Shown: positions 36,400 through 45,263 of the stretch, piece by piece | Layout of the letters: the number at the start of each line of letters is the position of its first letter | How positions within the stretch are numbered: the stretch's first letter is position 1 | From: an uncultured bacterium | GTDB taxonomy: Bacteria; Patescibacteriota; Saccharimonadia; UBA4664 | Reading direction: 5' to 3' | Length of the DNA stretch: 46,682 nucleotides | Assembly: GCA_963720265.1 (NCBI GenBank) | Contig: CAVRET010000001.1 | Span: forward strand, 521,113 to 567,794 | The notes under the pieces: generated by a model | What the model was told of the DNA's origin: nothing | Seen by the model: only the letters and a program-made list of their open reading frames with translations | Database searches by the model: none | Position numbers and translations under genes: made by a program

Positions 36400-36656
36400 T
36401 CTCAGATCCTTTTCTTTGCGCTCCTATGGCTTAGCCCTTGACCAGCTCTTCCATAAGCCGGATTATCACGCTGAAATCTCCATTATGCAACCCGCGGGCC
36501 ATTCCGATGGCAGCAATCTGTCAATCTCTGGGAGTTTATCGCAAGCTCCATAGTAAAAGCCGGCACCGCCCCGCAAGTTTGTAAATTTCAATCATGCATG
36601 CAACCGTTCAACCAGTCTAATATGCGTGTGACGAGCATTAAAGGGGAGACAATGTC

Positions 36657-37211
36657 ATGGCCACACTAATACTAGGTGCATTCCAAAATCAGTCCGATGC
36701 AAATAACGCCATAGTAGAACTGGAAAAGATGGGGGCGTCGAGTGATGACTTTTCACTCATCATGCCCGACAAATCTGACCGCACAAACAATTTTCGCGAG
36801 ACACTGACTGAAACTGGCCCGGCTCGCGTCGCGACTGAAGTCGCCGCTGGTGGCGCCGCTATTGGGGGACTGGCCGGGCTCATCGGAGGTGCGATCGCGG
36901 CCGCAGGCCTGTTCGTTGCGGGACCGGTCGTGTTGCTAGCGGGCCTTGGATGGGTCGCGCTTGCCACAGTTGCGGGCGGAGCGGTCGGTGCGGCTGCCGG
37001 CGGGATCGTTGGTGCGCTCATTGGTCTGGGGGTGCCTGAGGATGCCGCAAGACGTCACGAAGCCGTTATCAAAAAGGGAGGGGCTATTCTGGGGGTCCAA
37101 GACAATGCAATCAGCAAGTCCCAGGCACGCGATGTGCTTGAAGAGAATGGCGCTGAGGAAGTTGTTGATATTGCCCATAGCCCGCTGCCGGCAAAGTTGG
37201 CTGCCACCTAA
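36657..37211 (+). CDS. Glycine-zipper membrane protein with a general-stress-protein-17M/YflT-like N-terminal domain
   Basis: The N-terminus is ILGAFQNQSDANNAIVELEKMG. The central region is a Gly/Ala-rich TM region (GGAAIGGLAGLIGGAIAAAGLFVAG...). The C-terminus has GVPEDAARRHEAVIKKGGAILGV. Confidence 0.5.
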   Translation: MATLILGAFQNQSDANNAIVELEKMGASSDDFSLIMPDKSDRTNNFRETLTETGPARVATEVAAGGAAIGGLAGLIGGAIAAAGLFVAGPVVLLAGLGWVALATVAGGAVGAAAGGIVGALIGLGVPEDAARRHEAVIKKGGAILGVQDNAISKSQARDVLEENGAEEVVDIAHSPLPAKLAAT

Positions 37212-37293
37212 CTGGGTGCAAATTTGTGAGTCGTTCATGAAAATAGGGCTTTAACTAAGCCCTATTTTATTTGCGGGAGCTATAATCGGTTAT

Positions 37294-37881
37294 ATGGGTG
37301 TGGCTAATAGTAAAACGCGTTGTCCCTGGGTTGGCACGAGCCCACTGTCTATTGACTATCATGACAACGAGTGGGGCGTGCCGGTCCATGACGATACCAA
37401 GCTATTCGAGTTTTTAGTCTTGGAAGGAGCCCAAGCTGGGCTGTCGTGGCTGACCATTTTAAAAAGGCGCGAGGGCTACCGTAAAGCTTTCGCTCGTTTT
37501 GACCCATCGGTCGTTGCAGGCTTTGACGAGCGTGACCAGCGAAGATTGCTCGAAGATGAGGGCATTATACGGAATCGACTGAAGGTGCACGCGGCCGTGA
37601 TAAATGCCCAAAAGTTTGTGCGTATACAGCAGGAGTACGGCTCGTTCGATGTGTACCAATGGCGGTTTGTAGATGGCGAGCCGCTGCAGAACAGCTGGCG
37701 TGCGCTGTCCGAATTACCGGCTATCTCGCCGCAAGCGATGGCTTTTAGCAATGATTTGAAGCAGCGGGGTTTTACATTTGTGGGGCCAACGATTATCTAC
37801 GCCCATATGCAAGCTGTCGGGATGGTGAATGATCATATCGTTGACTGTTTTCGATATGATGAAATTCGAAAACTAGTGTAG
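37294..37881 (+). CDS. tag: DNA-3-methyladenine glycosylase I
   Basis: RCPWVGTSPLSIDYHDNEWGVPVHDDTKLFEFLVLEGAQAGLSWLTILKRREGYRKAF is the canonical Tag N-terminal signature. Length is 195 aa. Confidence 0.85.
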   Translation: MGVANSKTRCPWVGTSPLSIDYHDNEWGVPVHDDTKLFEFLVLEGAQAGLSWLTILKRREGYRKAFARFDPSVVAGFDERDQRRLLEDEGIIRNRLKVHAAVINAQKFVRIQQEYGSFDVYQWRFVDGEPLQNSWRALSELPAISPQAMAFSNDLKQRGFTFVGPTIIYAHMQAVGMVNDHIVDCFRYDEIRKLV

Positions 37882-37884
37882 TTT

Positions 37885-37908
37885 CATGGCTGGCCATTAT
37901 CGCCGAAG
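37885..37908 (+). repeat. Repeat family copy L (compact form)
   Basis: catggctggccattatcgccgaag. It contains atggctgg plus ttatc..cgaa in the family order. It lies between tag and the disrupted kinase-like gene. Confidence 0.35.
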
Positions 37909-37952
37909 TTAAAACCATCTTATGGGCTTTAACTCAATGGGCGAACTAGTAT

Positions 37953-38448
37953 TTAGCGCGTTTTTGTATGATTCAGAAGATCGTCAGCTATACTTTCAAC
38001 TGGTTTTGTAGCATCAAGCCTGAACGCCCTGGGGTCGATAGCTGCGCTCATTTCTTTATGCACAGAGAGTATTAGCTGCCTTTCACTGGCGGATTTACCA
38101 TATTCCTTGCTTCTCGTATCAAGCCGTTCATTCAATACATCAAGAGGAATAGCCATCCAGATGTACTCGTCGGCAGCAGCCTTCACCTCCTCGAGATTAT
38201 CAGGATTACCAAGCAAGAAAATATCCTTAGTGCTTGATTGTTCCTTGAGTTTTCTTAGTGATTTTGTAGGGAATACCCAATTATAACCTTCAGCTTTAGC
38301 TTTCGTAATCTAAGGGCTCTCCGTTTATTTTTGACTGCCTAACGCATTCAGTATCGGTATCGTGTGCTTCCTTACCTCGATTGCGAAGTTCGTTCATAAG
38401 AGTAGTCTTGCCGGTGCCGGATGCTGCAGATATGAAATATAATGCCAT
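37953..38448 (-). pseudogene. P-loop NTPase / small kinase-like gene with a frameshift
   Basis: Hand translation from ATG 38446-38448 gives MALYFISAASGTGKTTLMNELRNRGKEAHDTDTECVRQSKINGEPLDYES* (Walker A is SGTGKT). Removing one A from the AAA run (plus-strand ttt at 38301-38303) joins it to ...AKAEGYNWVFPTKSLRKLKEQSSTKDIFLLGNPDNLEE..., the frame of ORF 37953..38216. Confidence 0.55.
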
Positions 38449-38510
38449 GCAAGAATTTTACCATCTTACATTCGCCTGTATTAACGCGAAAAGACCTCTG
38501 AAGAAGTCTC

Positions 38511-38556
38511 TTTAAGCATAAGAGTTTTGGCCGGGGCTATGGGGCGTTATCCGAAC
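38511..38556 (+). repeat. Repeat family copy B (full form)
   Basis: tttaagcataagagttttggccggggctatggggcgttatccgaac. It aligns along its length with copy D2 (41764-41803) and with the ends of copy E. Confidence 0.55.
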
Positions 38557-38704
38557 AATTCGTACTTAAACGTCTAGATATGATGTGAAGCTGAGTACAG
38601 TGCAAGGTTACGCGGTGCGCTCGATATTTATAAGGGCGGCACTAGCTAATTTCGGGAATTGTAGTCTTTTTGGACTTCCAAATTACATCAGAGGATCTTC
38701 ACTG

Positions 38705-39280
38705 CTATACGTTGGCAGGTGTGCCTGCGAATTTTTTTAGTGTCGCCGCTGAGAGATCATCGATACTCGCGTTTGATTGCTTAAGAGTGGAATAAAGGGC
38801 GTTAAATAGTTGATTTTGATGAGTCCAGCCTTTTGTTGGGATCTGCGCTTGTGCTCCCATTTGGTCGAGAACAACGAATACCGCAGGTAAATAAATGGGT
38901 ATAAAACCGCTGCCAGATGCTGACGAGACTTTGAATCGAGACGGTTTGTATACGCAACTTTTTAAGCTCGATAAGTCGACAGCTGAAGCTACAGGAGCGC
39001 CGTTGGGTGCATATGCGAGCTGGGTACCGTAGGCATTCAACCGTCCAAATCCATATCTTGATAATCCATATGAAAGGTAGGTGAGGAAGGCAGATATTGC
39101 ATATAAGAGACAGACTACATACACCACGGCGACAGCCTGATATTTAAATAGTCCGAATGCTCCGAACAAAATTGCCAGGACAATCATTACAGCCAGAACA
39201 GAACCGCTAATCTGGACTGGCTTCATCCACCGAAAACTCATCGTTGGTTCATTGGTTGGGGAGGAATGTCGTTGATCCAT
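38705..39280 (-). CDS. Hypothetical membrane protein
   Basis: 191 aa with two or three N-terminal TM spans (VLAVMIVLAILFGAFGLF, AVAVVYVVCLLYAISAFLTYL). No motif recognised. Confidence 0.35.
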   Translation of the reverse strand: MDQRHSSPTNEPTMSFRWMKPVQISGSVLAVMIVLAILFGAFGLFKYQAVAVVYVVCLLYAISAFLTYLSYGLSRYGFGRLNAYGTQLAYAPNGAPVASAVDLSSLKSCVYKPSRFKVSSASGSGFIPIYLPAVFVVLDQMGAQAQIPTKGWTHQNQLFNALYSTLKQSNASIDDLSAATLKKFAGTPANV

Positions 39281-39351
39281 TTTTTAGCTGGCCCTTTTAT
39301 TTATATCCGGATAGCCTTGAGGATTTACGTGAACTTGGTACGCCAAGAGGG

Positions 39352-39978
39352 CTAGTGGGCGATTGGAGTTGGTGTATATGCCTTCTTCCCGCGGTGGATA
39401 AACCAACGTACGAACAGCGTAGCAACGGTTGCGATTAGCACCAGTACCCAGATTAGAGTGTTATTTGTCTGCGCTCCAAGTAGGCTACAAATGAGCGAAA
39501 GTACAATGAAAATAAAAATTCCAAGCATAAACCATAGGACAAACCCCCACATTAGTGAAATTATCCTTGGGTTAGGATCACCAGACGTTTTGAAATGCTG
39601 CGATAGGGCCGTTTTCCATTGTGCGTCAGTCAGCGCTCCAGCCATTTGCCGACCGGCCCAGTAGCCTTGACCGGCGCGGCCCATTAGCCCGAAACCCACT
39701 GTGCCTGGATTATAGAACGCGATTTCCGTAACTTTGCCAGTTTTTGGGTGAACTCGCATCCACCCATACGCGAACTGGATGAAGTCGACATCAGCCGGCG
39801 TATATTTCATGAGGGCCACCCCGTCTGCACCGGTAAACGTAAGTGCAGTACTGTCAAAGCTCAAGGTGCCTTTGCGTGTGCCGAAACCGTACATACGGCC
39901 ACCAAGCCAAGCCGGGGACTGTGCTGGCATAGGCGCGGCAGGATGCTGAGGTAATGGACTCTGTGTTTCGGGGTTCAT
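39352..39978 (-). CDS. Hypothetical protein with a soluble N-terminal domain and a C-terminal 2-TM anchor
   Basis: 208 aa. The N-terminus is Pro/Gln-rich. C-terminal TMs are LMWGFVLWFMLGIFIFIVLSLI and LIWVLVLIATVATLFV. Confidence 0.35.
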   Translation of the reverse strand: MNPETQSPLPQHPAAPMPAQSPAWLGGRMYGFGTRKGTLSFDSTALTFTGADGVALMKYTPADVDFIQFAYGWMRVHPKTGKVTEIAFYNPGTVGFGLMGRAGQGYWAGRQMAGALTDAQWKTALSQHFKTSGDPNPRIISLMWGFVLWFMLGIFIFIVLSLICSLLGAQTNNTLIWVLVLIATVATLFVRWFIHRGKKAYTPTPIAH

Positions 39979-40207
39979 GCGTTTTACGTTGTTTCCTTAC
40001 GCAAAGCATAGATTAGTTCGAGCATAAGCACAATACAGCTTCTAGTAGCTAACAAATGTAACGGAGCCTAAGCTTCATCAGCTGGATGTTGCCGGTGCGT
40101 GGTCAAAATTACGAGATATGAGTGGCGACTGTGTACTTTTGCTTTCAGCATTTTTCCTACGCGGACGATTAATGTAGAGTATGCATAATAATTAGTTAGG
40201 CTTATTA

Positions 40208-40939
40208 ATGAGCGCAAATATCCCGGGCGGAAAAACAAATGAATTGGGCCAAATAGTTGTAACAGTAGGGTCGCAAACTATTGTCGTTCCCCAGCAAATC
40301 ATTGATGCGCAGCGCAAGGTCCGCTACCCTTTTGTGTATCTCATAATTGTTACTCCGCTCATTGCCCTATGTACCTATCTCGTTATTTTGAGCGAAGGAA
40401 GTGAAGCGAGATTAGCAGCGCAGATAAAGCAAAATTTAGTTGCAACAACTGCTACCGCTACCGTGGTTACTACCCCGGAGCGGGGTGCGGCCCGTTATAC
40501 CATGACTTATACCTTTTCCGTTCCAGGGAGCAATCAAAAATTTGTCAACACTGATTATTCTACCGACGCAGCGAGTTCCTTGAATACGGAGGAATTTAAC
40601 CGTCTCTCCACCAAATTAGGTCTGGGGATAAACCTCAACGCGCAAAATGGCTACCGCAACACAGGCCCCATTTCCATCATGTACGACAGCCAAGACCCTG
40701 CTAAAAACCTCACGCAATTTGATATAAAAACCTTGAGAGCCCCCAAAACATTTGCGAAAGAAGCCGTCATCAATGTCTTTTTGTTTTGGCTATTCCTTTT
40801 CGTGCCGTTGGGATTTTTGATTCGCATGATTATCAGGCAAAATGTCTGGTTTAAATATCAAGGCCAGGTTTTGTTACAGCTGCGGAAGGCCAGGCTGCAA
40901 CAGAAAGCCGAAACCGTCGAACCTGCGACAAGTAAATAA
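40208..40939 (+). CDS. DUF3592-like membrane protein
   Basis: A TM, then a beta-rich region (ATATVVTTPERGAARYTMTYTFSVPGS ... ISIMYDSQDPAKN), then a TM. This matches the DUF3592 layout and its V.YDP.NP-like motif. Confidence 0.45.
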   Translation: MSANIPGGKTNELGQIVVTVGSQTIVVPQQIIDAQRKVRYPFVYLIIVTPLIALCTYLVILSEGSEARLAAQIKQNLVATTATATVVTTPERGAARYTMTYTFSVPGSNQKFVNTDYSTDAASSLNTEEFNRLSTKLGLGINLNAQNGYRNTGPISIMYDSQDPAKNLTQFDIKTLRAPKTFAKEAVINVFLFWLFLFVPLGFLIRMIIRQNVWFKYQGQVLLQLRKARLQQKAETVEPATSK

Positions 40940-41150
40940 GTCATTTCCCGGTTAGGTCCATATGTAGCCAATCTGCTACGCATTGCTGGGAGGGCTTATT
41001 AGCTGTGTCATCAACGCGTGCAAAGCCGCACGGTTTCCTAATAGGGATTGCGAAAAATAAGCCGCGCGATAGAGCTAAGGATAGAGATTCTTCAAGCTAT
41101 TCCCGGCAGATATAAATTGCTACAAAAAAGACCGTTTATGGAACACGATC

Positions 41151-41186
41151 CTTACTATGACTGGGGCGATAGGACGTTATCCTAAC
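41151..41186 (+). repeat. Repeat family copy C
   Basis: cttactatgactggggcgataggacgttatcctaac. It contains the hairpin tagga-cgtta-tccta. The reverse complement is GGATAACGTCCTATCGCCCCAGTCA, with the same layout as F1 and F2. Confidence 0.5.
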
Positions 41187-41318
41187 TTAAGCCATTGCGT
41201 GAGGCGGCGTAGAAGTGAAATAGTCACTATCTGTCTTGCCCGAATATTCATTGTTCCTATTCAAAGCGAGCGCGTAAAATAATTTATATATGCAGCGACT
41301 AATGAACGGGAGTCGAGT

Positions 41319-41540
41319 GTGAGTAAATCATACAAATCATGGACAATATATAGCGTTGGGCTTTTTGTAGTCTGGGTGCTTATTTTTCTGGCTAGATGGA
41401 AGCTTAAGGGAACTCCTGGTCTGGATACAATAGCCTTAATTTTCTTTGGATATTTTGTTGGCTGGTTATCGGCAACGATAAAGTTCGTTCTGATAAGCAA
41501 AGGGATTTTCGGTCTTACGTCGTTCAAGTCTGGAAAATAA
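41319..41540 (+). CDS. Small two-TM membrane protein
   Basis: 73 aa with a GTG start. TMs are IYSVGLFVVWVLIFLA and IALIFFGYFVGWLSATI. It is preferred over the overlapping antisense ORF 41261..41527. Confidence 0.35.
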   Translation: MSKSYKSWTIYSVGLFVVWVLIFLARWKLKGTPGLDTIALIFFGYFVGWLSATIKFVLISKGIFGLTSFKSGK

Positions 41541-41730
41541 TTGCGGTAATGATTCCATTTCTTGTTGAGGCGGGATCGATCAAGCGTGTCGGCTTTTTTG
41601 TTGGTGCTGTAGTACGCCGAGTACAGTAAATTCCGATATTGCCACCGTTTTGGGGAGCGATAATGGAAGCCGATGAATCGTTGACAGACCTACAGTTGAG
41701 TTCCAGAGCCTGCTATCACCACCCCCTTGA

Positions 41731-41803
41731 GCGCGGTCGTTATCCTAGCCGCACTTCCCGTTGAATAAGCGCGGGCTGGGACTGGGGGGAGTTATCAGAT
41801 GCC
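41731..41803 (+). repeat. Repeat family copies D and D2 (tandem partial plus full form)
   Basis: gcgcggtcgttatcctagcc ... aataagcgcgggctgggactggggggagttatcagatgcc. D2 parallels copy B position by position (ataag..gg.c.ggg.ct..gggg.gttatc.ga). It ends 3 nt before the stop of 41807..42268. Confidence 0.5.
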
Positions 41804-41806
41804 ATT

Positions 41807-42268
41807 TCAATCCGGCCGATAGCGCGAAAACACTTGTTGCTCTTTTAATATCTTCACAATGATGTGGCCGCTCGCAACTACCCTACCGTACATGGCCCCT
41901 GCCAGTAGCGAGAGGCTAATTGCGGGCACCGCTTCGCTGTGGGTAAAAATATGCACCAAATGCCCTCGCGAAAGGTCGAAAACAATATATAGCACGAGGA
42001 CCACGGCCCCATAGATGTCTATGTTACTCGTGACATGCTCCGCGTCTTTGTCCCAAGAGATTTTATACATGCGAGCAAAGATTGCACCGCATAGAATTCC
42101 AACTAGCAGACCCAAGATTATCTGCCAAACGGTCGCACGATAGTGTAGGGCCTCATAAATGACCGCAGCCAGAAGAATCACTGAGATGATGAAATACAAC
42201 CTCAGGCTGCGTTGTAATTTCGGGTTCACATGAGAACGCGCGTGGTCTCGCAGTGCTTTTCGGTCCAT
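41807..42268 (-). CDS. Hypothetical 4-TM membrane protein
   Basis: 153 aa with four hydrophobic spans. No motif recognised. Confidence 0.35.
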   Translation of the reverse strand: MDRKALRDHARSHVNPKLQRSLRLYFIISVILLAAVIYEALHYRATVWQIILGLLVGILCGAIFARMYKISWDKDAEHVTSNIDIYGAVVLVLYIVFDLSRGHLVHIFTHSEAVPAISLSLLAGAMYGRVVASGHIIVKILKEQQVFSRYRPD

Positions 42269-42284
42269 GTCGGGACTATATCAT

Positions 42285-42314
42285 AAACATAAGTGCTTTG
42301 GCTGGGACTGGCAG
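42285..42314 (+). repeat. Repeat family copy G
   Basis: aaacataagtgctttggctgggactggcag. It is very close to D2 (ataagcgcgggctgggactgg) and to B (cataagagttttggccggggct). It runs directly into the 42308-42355 hairpin. Confidence 0.5.
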
Positions 42315-42355
42315 CCGGACGGCACGGGGTTGTCCCGTTGCCGCCCGGCTGCCAG
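42308..42355. terminator. Long imperfect GC hairpin between 41807..42268 and 42374..42913
   Basis: In ctggcagccggacggcacggggttgtcccgttgccgcccggctgccag, the pairing is 11 bp, a 1x1 mismatch, 5 bp, a bulged T, 4 bp and a 5-nt loop. It lies 19 nt downstream of the stop of the 179-aa ORF. Confidence 0.5.
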
Positions 42356-42373
42356 CGGAAGTGGGCGCCTGGG

Positions 42374-42913
42374 TTAGCTTACGGGGCGGAAGACCCCGAG
42401 CATGTTTGCGAGCGCAATCCTGAGCGGCGCCCTGACCCTGGCATGCGGGTCGTTGCTCAGAACTAGCGAAAGCCCGATGGCCAGCTCGTCCGGAGCCTCG
42501 CCTGCCATGAAGCGCACGGCCTTGATTGCGCAGGCATGGGCGCCGGACGGCAGCGGGACCTCGTCGGCGTACCTGAGGTCTGCGCCGGTGACGAGTACCA
42601 ATGGCTCGTCTAGCAGGGCGACAAGGCTGTCGCGGACGTCCGTGATGAGCCGCCGGAGTTGCATCCGCGTTTCCTGGACCTCGTTCCAGAGGGCAGCAGC
42701 GCGCCGGGCAACACTCGTCAGCCGCGGGTTGTCCGTAAAGGTTAGCTCGCCGCCGGGCGAGTCGGCTCGTGCCGTGCTTATTACCACGTCTTCTGTCAGG
42801 CTGTAATGCTTGGCGATGGTGAGCGGGCCTTCACAGCTCTCAATGCGCTCGGTGACGAAGATGTGGGCGGTGGTGTCTAGCCCAACGTAGTCGCCGGTTG
42901 CCGTTTCCGTCAC
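42374..42913 (-). CDS. Hypothetical protein (high-GC island), second gene of a two-gene operon
   Basis: 179 aa with a GTG start 10 nt after the stop of 42924..43121. No motif recognised. Confidence 0.35.
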   Translation of the reverse strand: MTETATGDYVGLDTTAHIFVTERIESCEGPLTIAKHYSLTEDVVISTARADSPGGELTFTDNPRLTSVARRAAALWNEVQETRMQLRRLITDVRDSLVALLDEPLVLVTGADLRYADEVPLPSGAHACAIKAVRFMAGEAPDELAIGLSLVLSNDPHARVRAPLRIALANMLGVFRPVS

Positions 42914-42923
42914 CGACGTGGTG

Positions 42924-43121
42924 TCAAATGTAACGTTCTCCAGAACGGATCATCGCGAGCGGGTCGAGCGACATGTGCAGGGCCACCGCGCTGTCCAGGT
43001 CGTCCAGCAACCTGGACAAGCCGCCGGTAAGCGTCCGGAGCATGGCCTGGCCTGAGGCCCACTCCTCCAGTACGGCTTTGACCACCGGCCGGCCGGCCGG
43101 CGTGCGTATTGGTGTGTCCAC
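42924..43121 (-). CDS. Hypothetical small helical protein (high-GC island), first gene of a two-gene operon
   Basis: 65 aa. The GTG start is preceded by a strong SD (aggagg, 5-nt spacing). Confidence 0.4.
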   Translation of the reverse strand: MDTPIRTPAGRPVVKAVLEEWASGQAMLRTLTGGLSRLLDDLDSAVALHMSLDPLAMIRSGERYI

Positions 43122-43164
43122 TAAAGCCTCCTAGCTGGCTTTGGGTAAGACGGAACGACCTCCT

Positions 43165-43178
43165 AATGGCTTGGCAGG
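43165..43178 (+). repeat. Repeat family copy I (short)
   Basis: aatggcttggcagg. Compare aatggctgggg in F1/F2 and ggctgggactggcag in G. It lies at the right edge of the 42.3-43.1 kb high-GC island. Confidence 0.3.
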
Positions 43179-43237
43179 TCTGACATATTAAAACATATTA
43201 TCGCGGCACGGCCAAGAATGTTCGCGCCGTATCGGCC

Positions 43238-45256
43238 TTAACCAAATAGCTTTTGTAAGGCCTGTTCGTCCAGTTTGGTTGTACCAAGCTTATCCGCTTT
43301 GGCCAATTTGGAGGCGCCGGGAGAGTCGCCCACAATGAGATAGGTGGTATCCTTTCCCACCGAGTTTTGCTCCTTGGCGCCGAGGGCTATGAGGCGGGCC
43401 GCTACTTCGTCGCGGGTGCCTGATTCGAGTGTGCCGGTGATGACGAATTTGACGCCCGAGAGTTGACCACGGACGCGCTCATACGCCCGGGGATGGACGT
43501 CTGCCTGTGCGAATTTATGCAGGAGGTCTTGGGTGTCTTCTGCGGCGAAGAAGGCGAGCACGGATTCGGCCACCACGGTGCCGATGCCTTCAACGGCTTC
43601 GAGGCTTTCGAGCGTGGCATGTTCGAGGTCTTCGAGTGATCCAAAGGCTTCGGCCAGGTCAACGGCGGTTTGCTCGCCGATATGGCGGATGCCTAAGGCA
43701 TAGATGAAGCGCGGAAGCTCGGGGGTTTTGGACGCCTGGATGGCGTCGATGAGTTTGCCGGCACTGATATCGGCAAAGCGGTCTAATTTGAGCAGGTCGT
43801 CTTTCGTGAGCTTGTAGAGATCCGCCGGCTCTTCAACGAGACCGGCATCGACGAGGGCGACGACGTTTTTTTCACCGAGTGTATCGATATCGAGGGCGGC
43901 TTTACTGGCATAGTGCTCGACGGCTTTTTTGAGCAAGAGCGGGGCGGTGGCGCCTTTCACGCGATATACCACTTCCCCTTCCGGGCGTTCAAATTCGAGC
44001 TCGGGGTATTGGCGCGCGAGCTCTGCTTCCATGTTGAAGGGCTTTGAGTTTTTGGGCCGGAGTTTGGGCAGGGATTGCAGCACCTTAGGAATAATGTCGC
44101 CGGCCTTATAAATAATGACCGTGTCCCCCACCCGCACATCGAGGCGGGCGATTTCGTCCTGGTTGTGTAAACTTGCGTGCTGGACCGTGGTGCCGGCAAC
44201 CACCACAGGATCGAAGGTGGCGATGGGGGTGGCTGCACCGGTGCGGCCGATACTGATCACGATGTCTTTCACAATCGTGGTGGCTTCTTCGGCCGGGTAC
44301 TTGTAAGCGACGGCGCCACGGGGGGCTTTGCCGACAATACCGAGCTGGGCAAAGACGGCCCGATCATTGACTTTGATGACCGAGCCGTCGGTGTTAAACG
44401 GCAGTGTTGCGCGCATCTCTTCCCAGGTATCAATGAAGTTCATGAGGGCATCGAGGGTCATAAATGTATTGGCATGCCTGTTGGCAGCAAGACCCAAGTG
44501 GCGGATAGTGTCGTAGGCGAAGGAATTGGTGGGCACTTGAGCCGGGTCATCTCGGAGCAGGTCGTAGCCGCGGAAGGTTAGTGGCCGGGCGGCCACGAGC
44601 GCGGGATCGAGCTGCCGAATGGTGCCGGCGGCGGTGTTGCGCGGGTTTGCGAACAACGGCAGGCCGAGCTCGGCTTGGCGGGCGTTGAGCGCCTCAAAGT
44701 CTTTTTTGAGCATTACGACTTCGCCGCGGATTTCGGTGCGGCCCTGCAAGAATTCCGGATGCTCAGGCCAGCGGCGGAGTTTAAGCGGTACGGATTCGAT
44801 AGTGCGGACGTTCATAGTAACGTCTTCCCCGACTTGCCCATCGCCGCGGGTGACAGCCTGGGTGAGCGCACCGTCTTGGTAAATCAGGGCGCAAGCGAGC
44901 CCGTCCATTTTGGTATCGGCAAACAGTTCGGTGGCGGCGCCGGGGGTTAGCTTATTGATGCGATCCGCCCAGGCCTCGACCTCCTCGCGCGAAAACACAT
45001 CGTTGAGCGAAATCATGGGTACGGAGTGGCGGACTTTTTTGAACTTCTCGGACGCCTTACCGGCTACGCGCTGGGTTGGCGAATCTGGAGTGATGAGATC
45101 AGGATACTGCTCTTCGAGTTGGCTAAGTTCGTGCTTGAGCTGGTCGGCCGCCGCTTCTGGCATGGTCGATTCATCAAGCACATGATAGTGGTAACGATAA
45201 TCATTGATCTGGTCGCGCAGTTTGGCGATGCGCTCGGTTGCCTGTTGCTTGGTCAT
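43238..45256 (-). CDS. ligA: NAD-dependent DNA ligase
   Basis: 672 aa. Contains KMDGLA (adenylation lysine motif), EIRGEV, the OB and HhH regions, and a C-terminal BRCT (FVITGTLESGTRDEVAARLIALGAKEQNSVGKDTTYLIVGDSPGSKLAKA). Confidence 0.9.
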   Translation of the reverse strand: MTKQQATERIAKLRDQINDYRYHYHVLDESTMPEAAADQLKHELSQLEEQYPDLITPDSPTQRVAGKASEKFKKVRHSVPMISLNDVFSREEVEAWADRINKLTPGAATELFADTKMDGLACALIYQDGALTQAVTRGDGQVGEDVTMNVRTIESVPLKLRRWPEHPEFLQGRTEIRGEVVMLKKDFEALNARQAELGLPLFANPRNTAAGTIRQLDPALVAARPLTFRGYDLLRDDPAQVPTNSFAYDTIRHLGLAANRHANTFMTLDALMNFIDTWEEMRATLPFNTDGSVIKVNDRAVFAQLGIVGKAPRGAVAYKYPAEEATTIVKDIVISIGRTGAATPIATFDPVVVAGTTVQHASLHNQDEIARLDVRVGDTVIIYKAGDIIPKVLQSLPKLRPKNSKPFNMEAELARQYPELEFERPEGEVVYRVKGATAPLLLKKAVEHYASKAALDIDTLGEKNVVALVDAGLVEEPADLYKLTKDDLLKLDRFADISAGKLIDAIQASKTPELPRFIYALGIRHIGEQTAVDLAEAFGSLEDLEHATLESLEAVEGIGTVVAESVLAFFAAEDTQDLLHKFAQADVHPRAYERVRGQLSGVKFVITGTLESGTRDEVAARLIALGAKEQNSVGKDTTYLIVGDSPGASKLAKADKLGTTKLDEQALQKLFG

Positions 45257-45263
45257 GGAGTAA

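Noticed and set aside
38541-38560. gcgttatccgaac resembling the 16S rRNA 530-loop region (GCGTTATCCGGAAT)
   Set aside because: The similarity is limited to about 10 nt, with no flanking rRNA sequence. It is likely coincidental.
41261-41527. Minus-strand 88-aa ORF overlapping the 73-aa plus-strand ORF
   Set aside because: The plus-strand product has two clean TM helices, while the minus-strand product has no features. I kept the plus-strand call, at low confidence.
35438-41750. TTATCC strings in the repeat copies as DnaA boxes (a replication origin)
   Set aside because: Only 6 of 9 positions of TTATCCACA match. The copies are dispersed over 36 kb rather than clustered, and no dnaA, dnaN or AT-rich unwinding element is adjacent.
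37885-43178. Calling the cassette-like array a classical integron
   Set aside because: There is no intI gene, no attI and no GTTRRRY/RYYYAAC core pairs in the repeats. I kept it only as an analogy in the findings.
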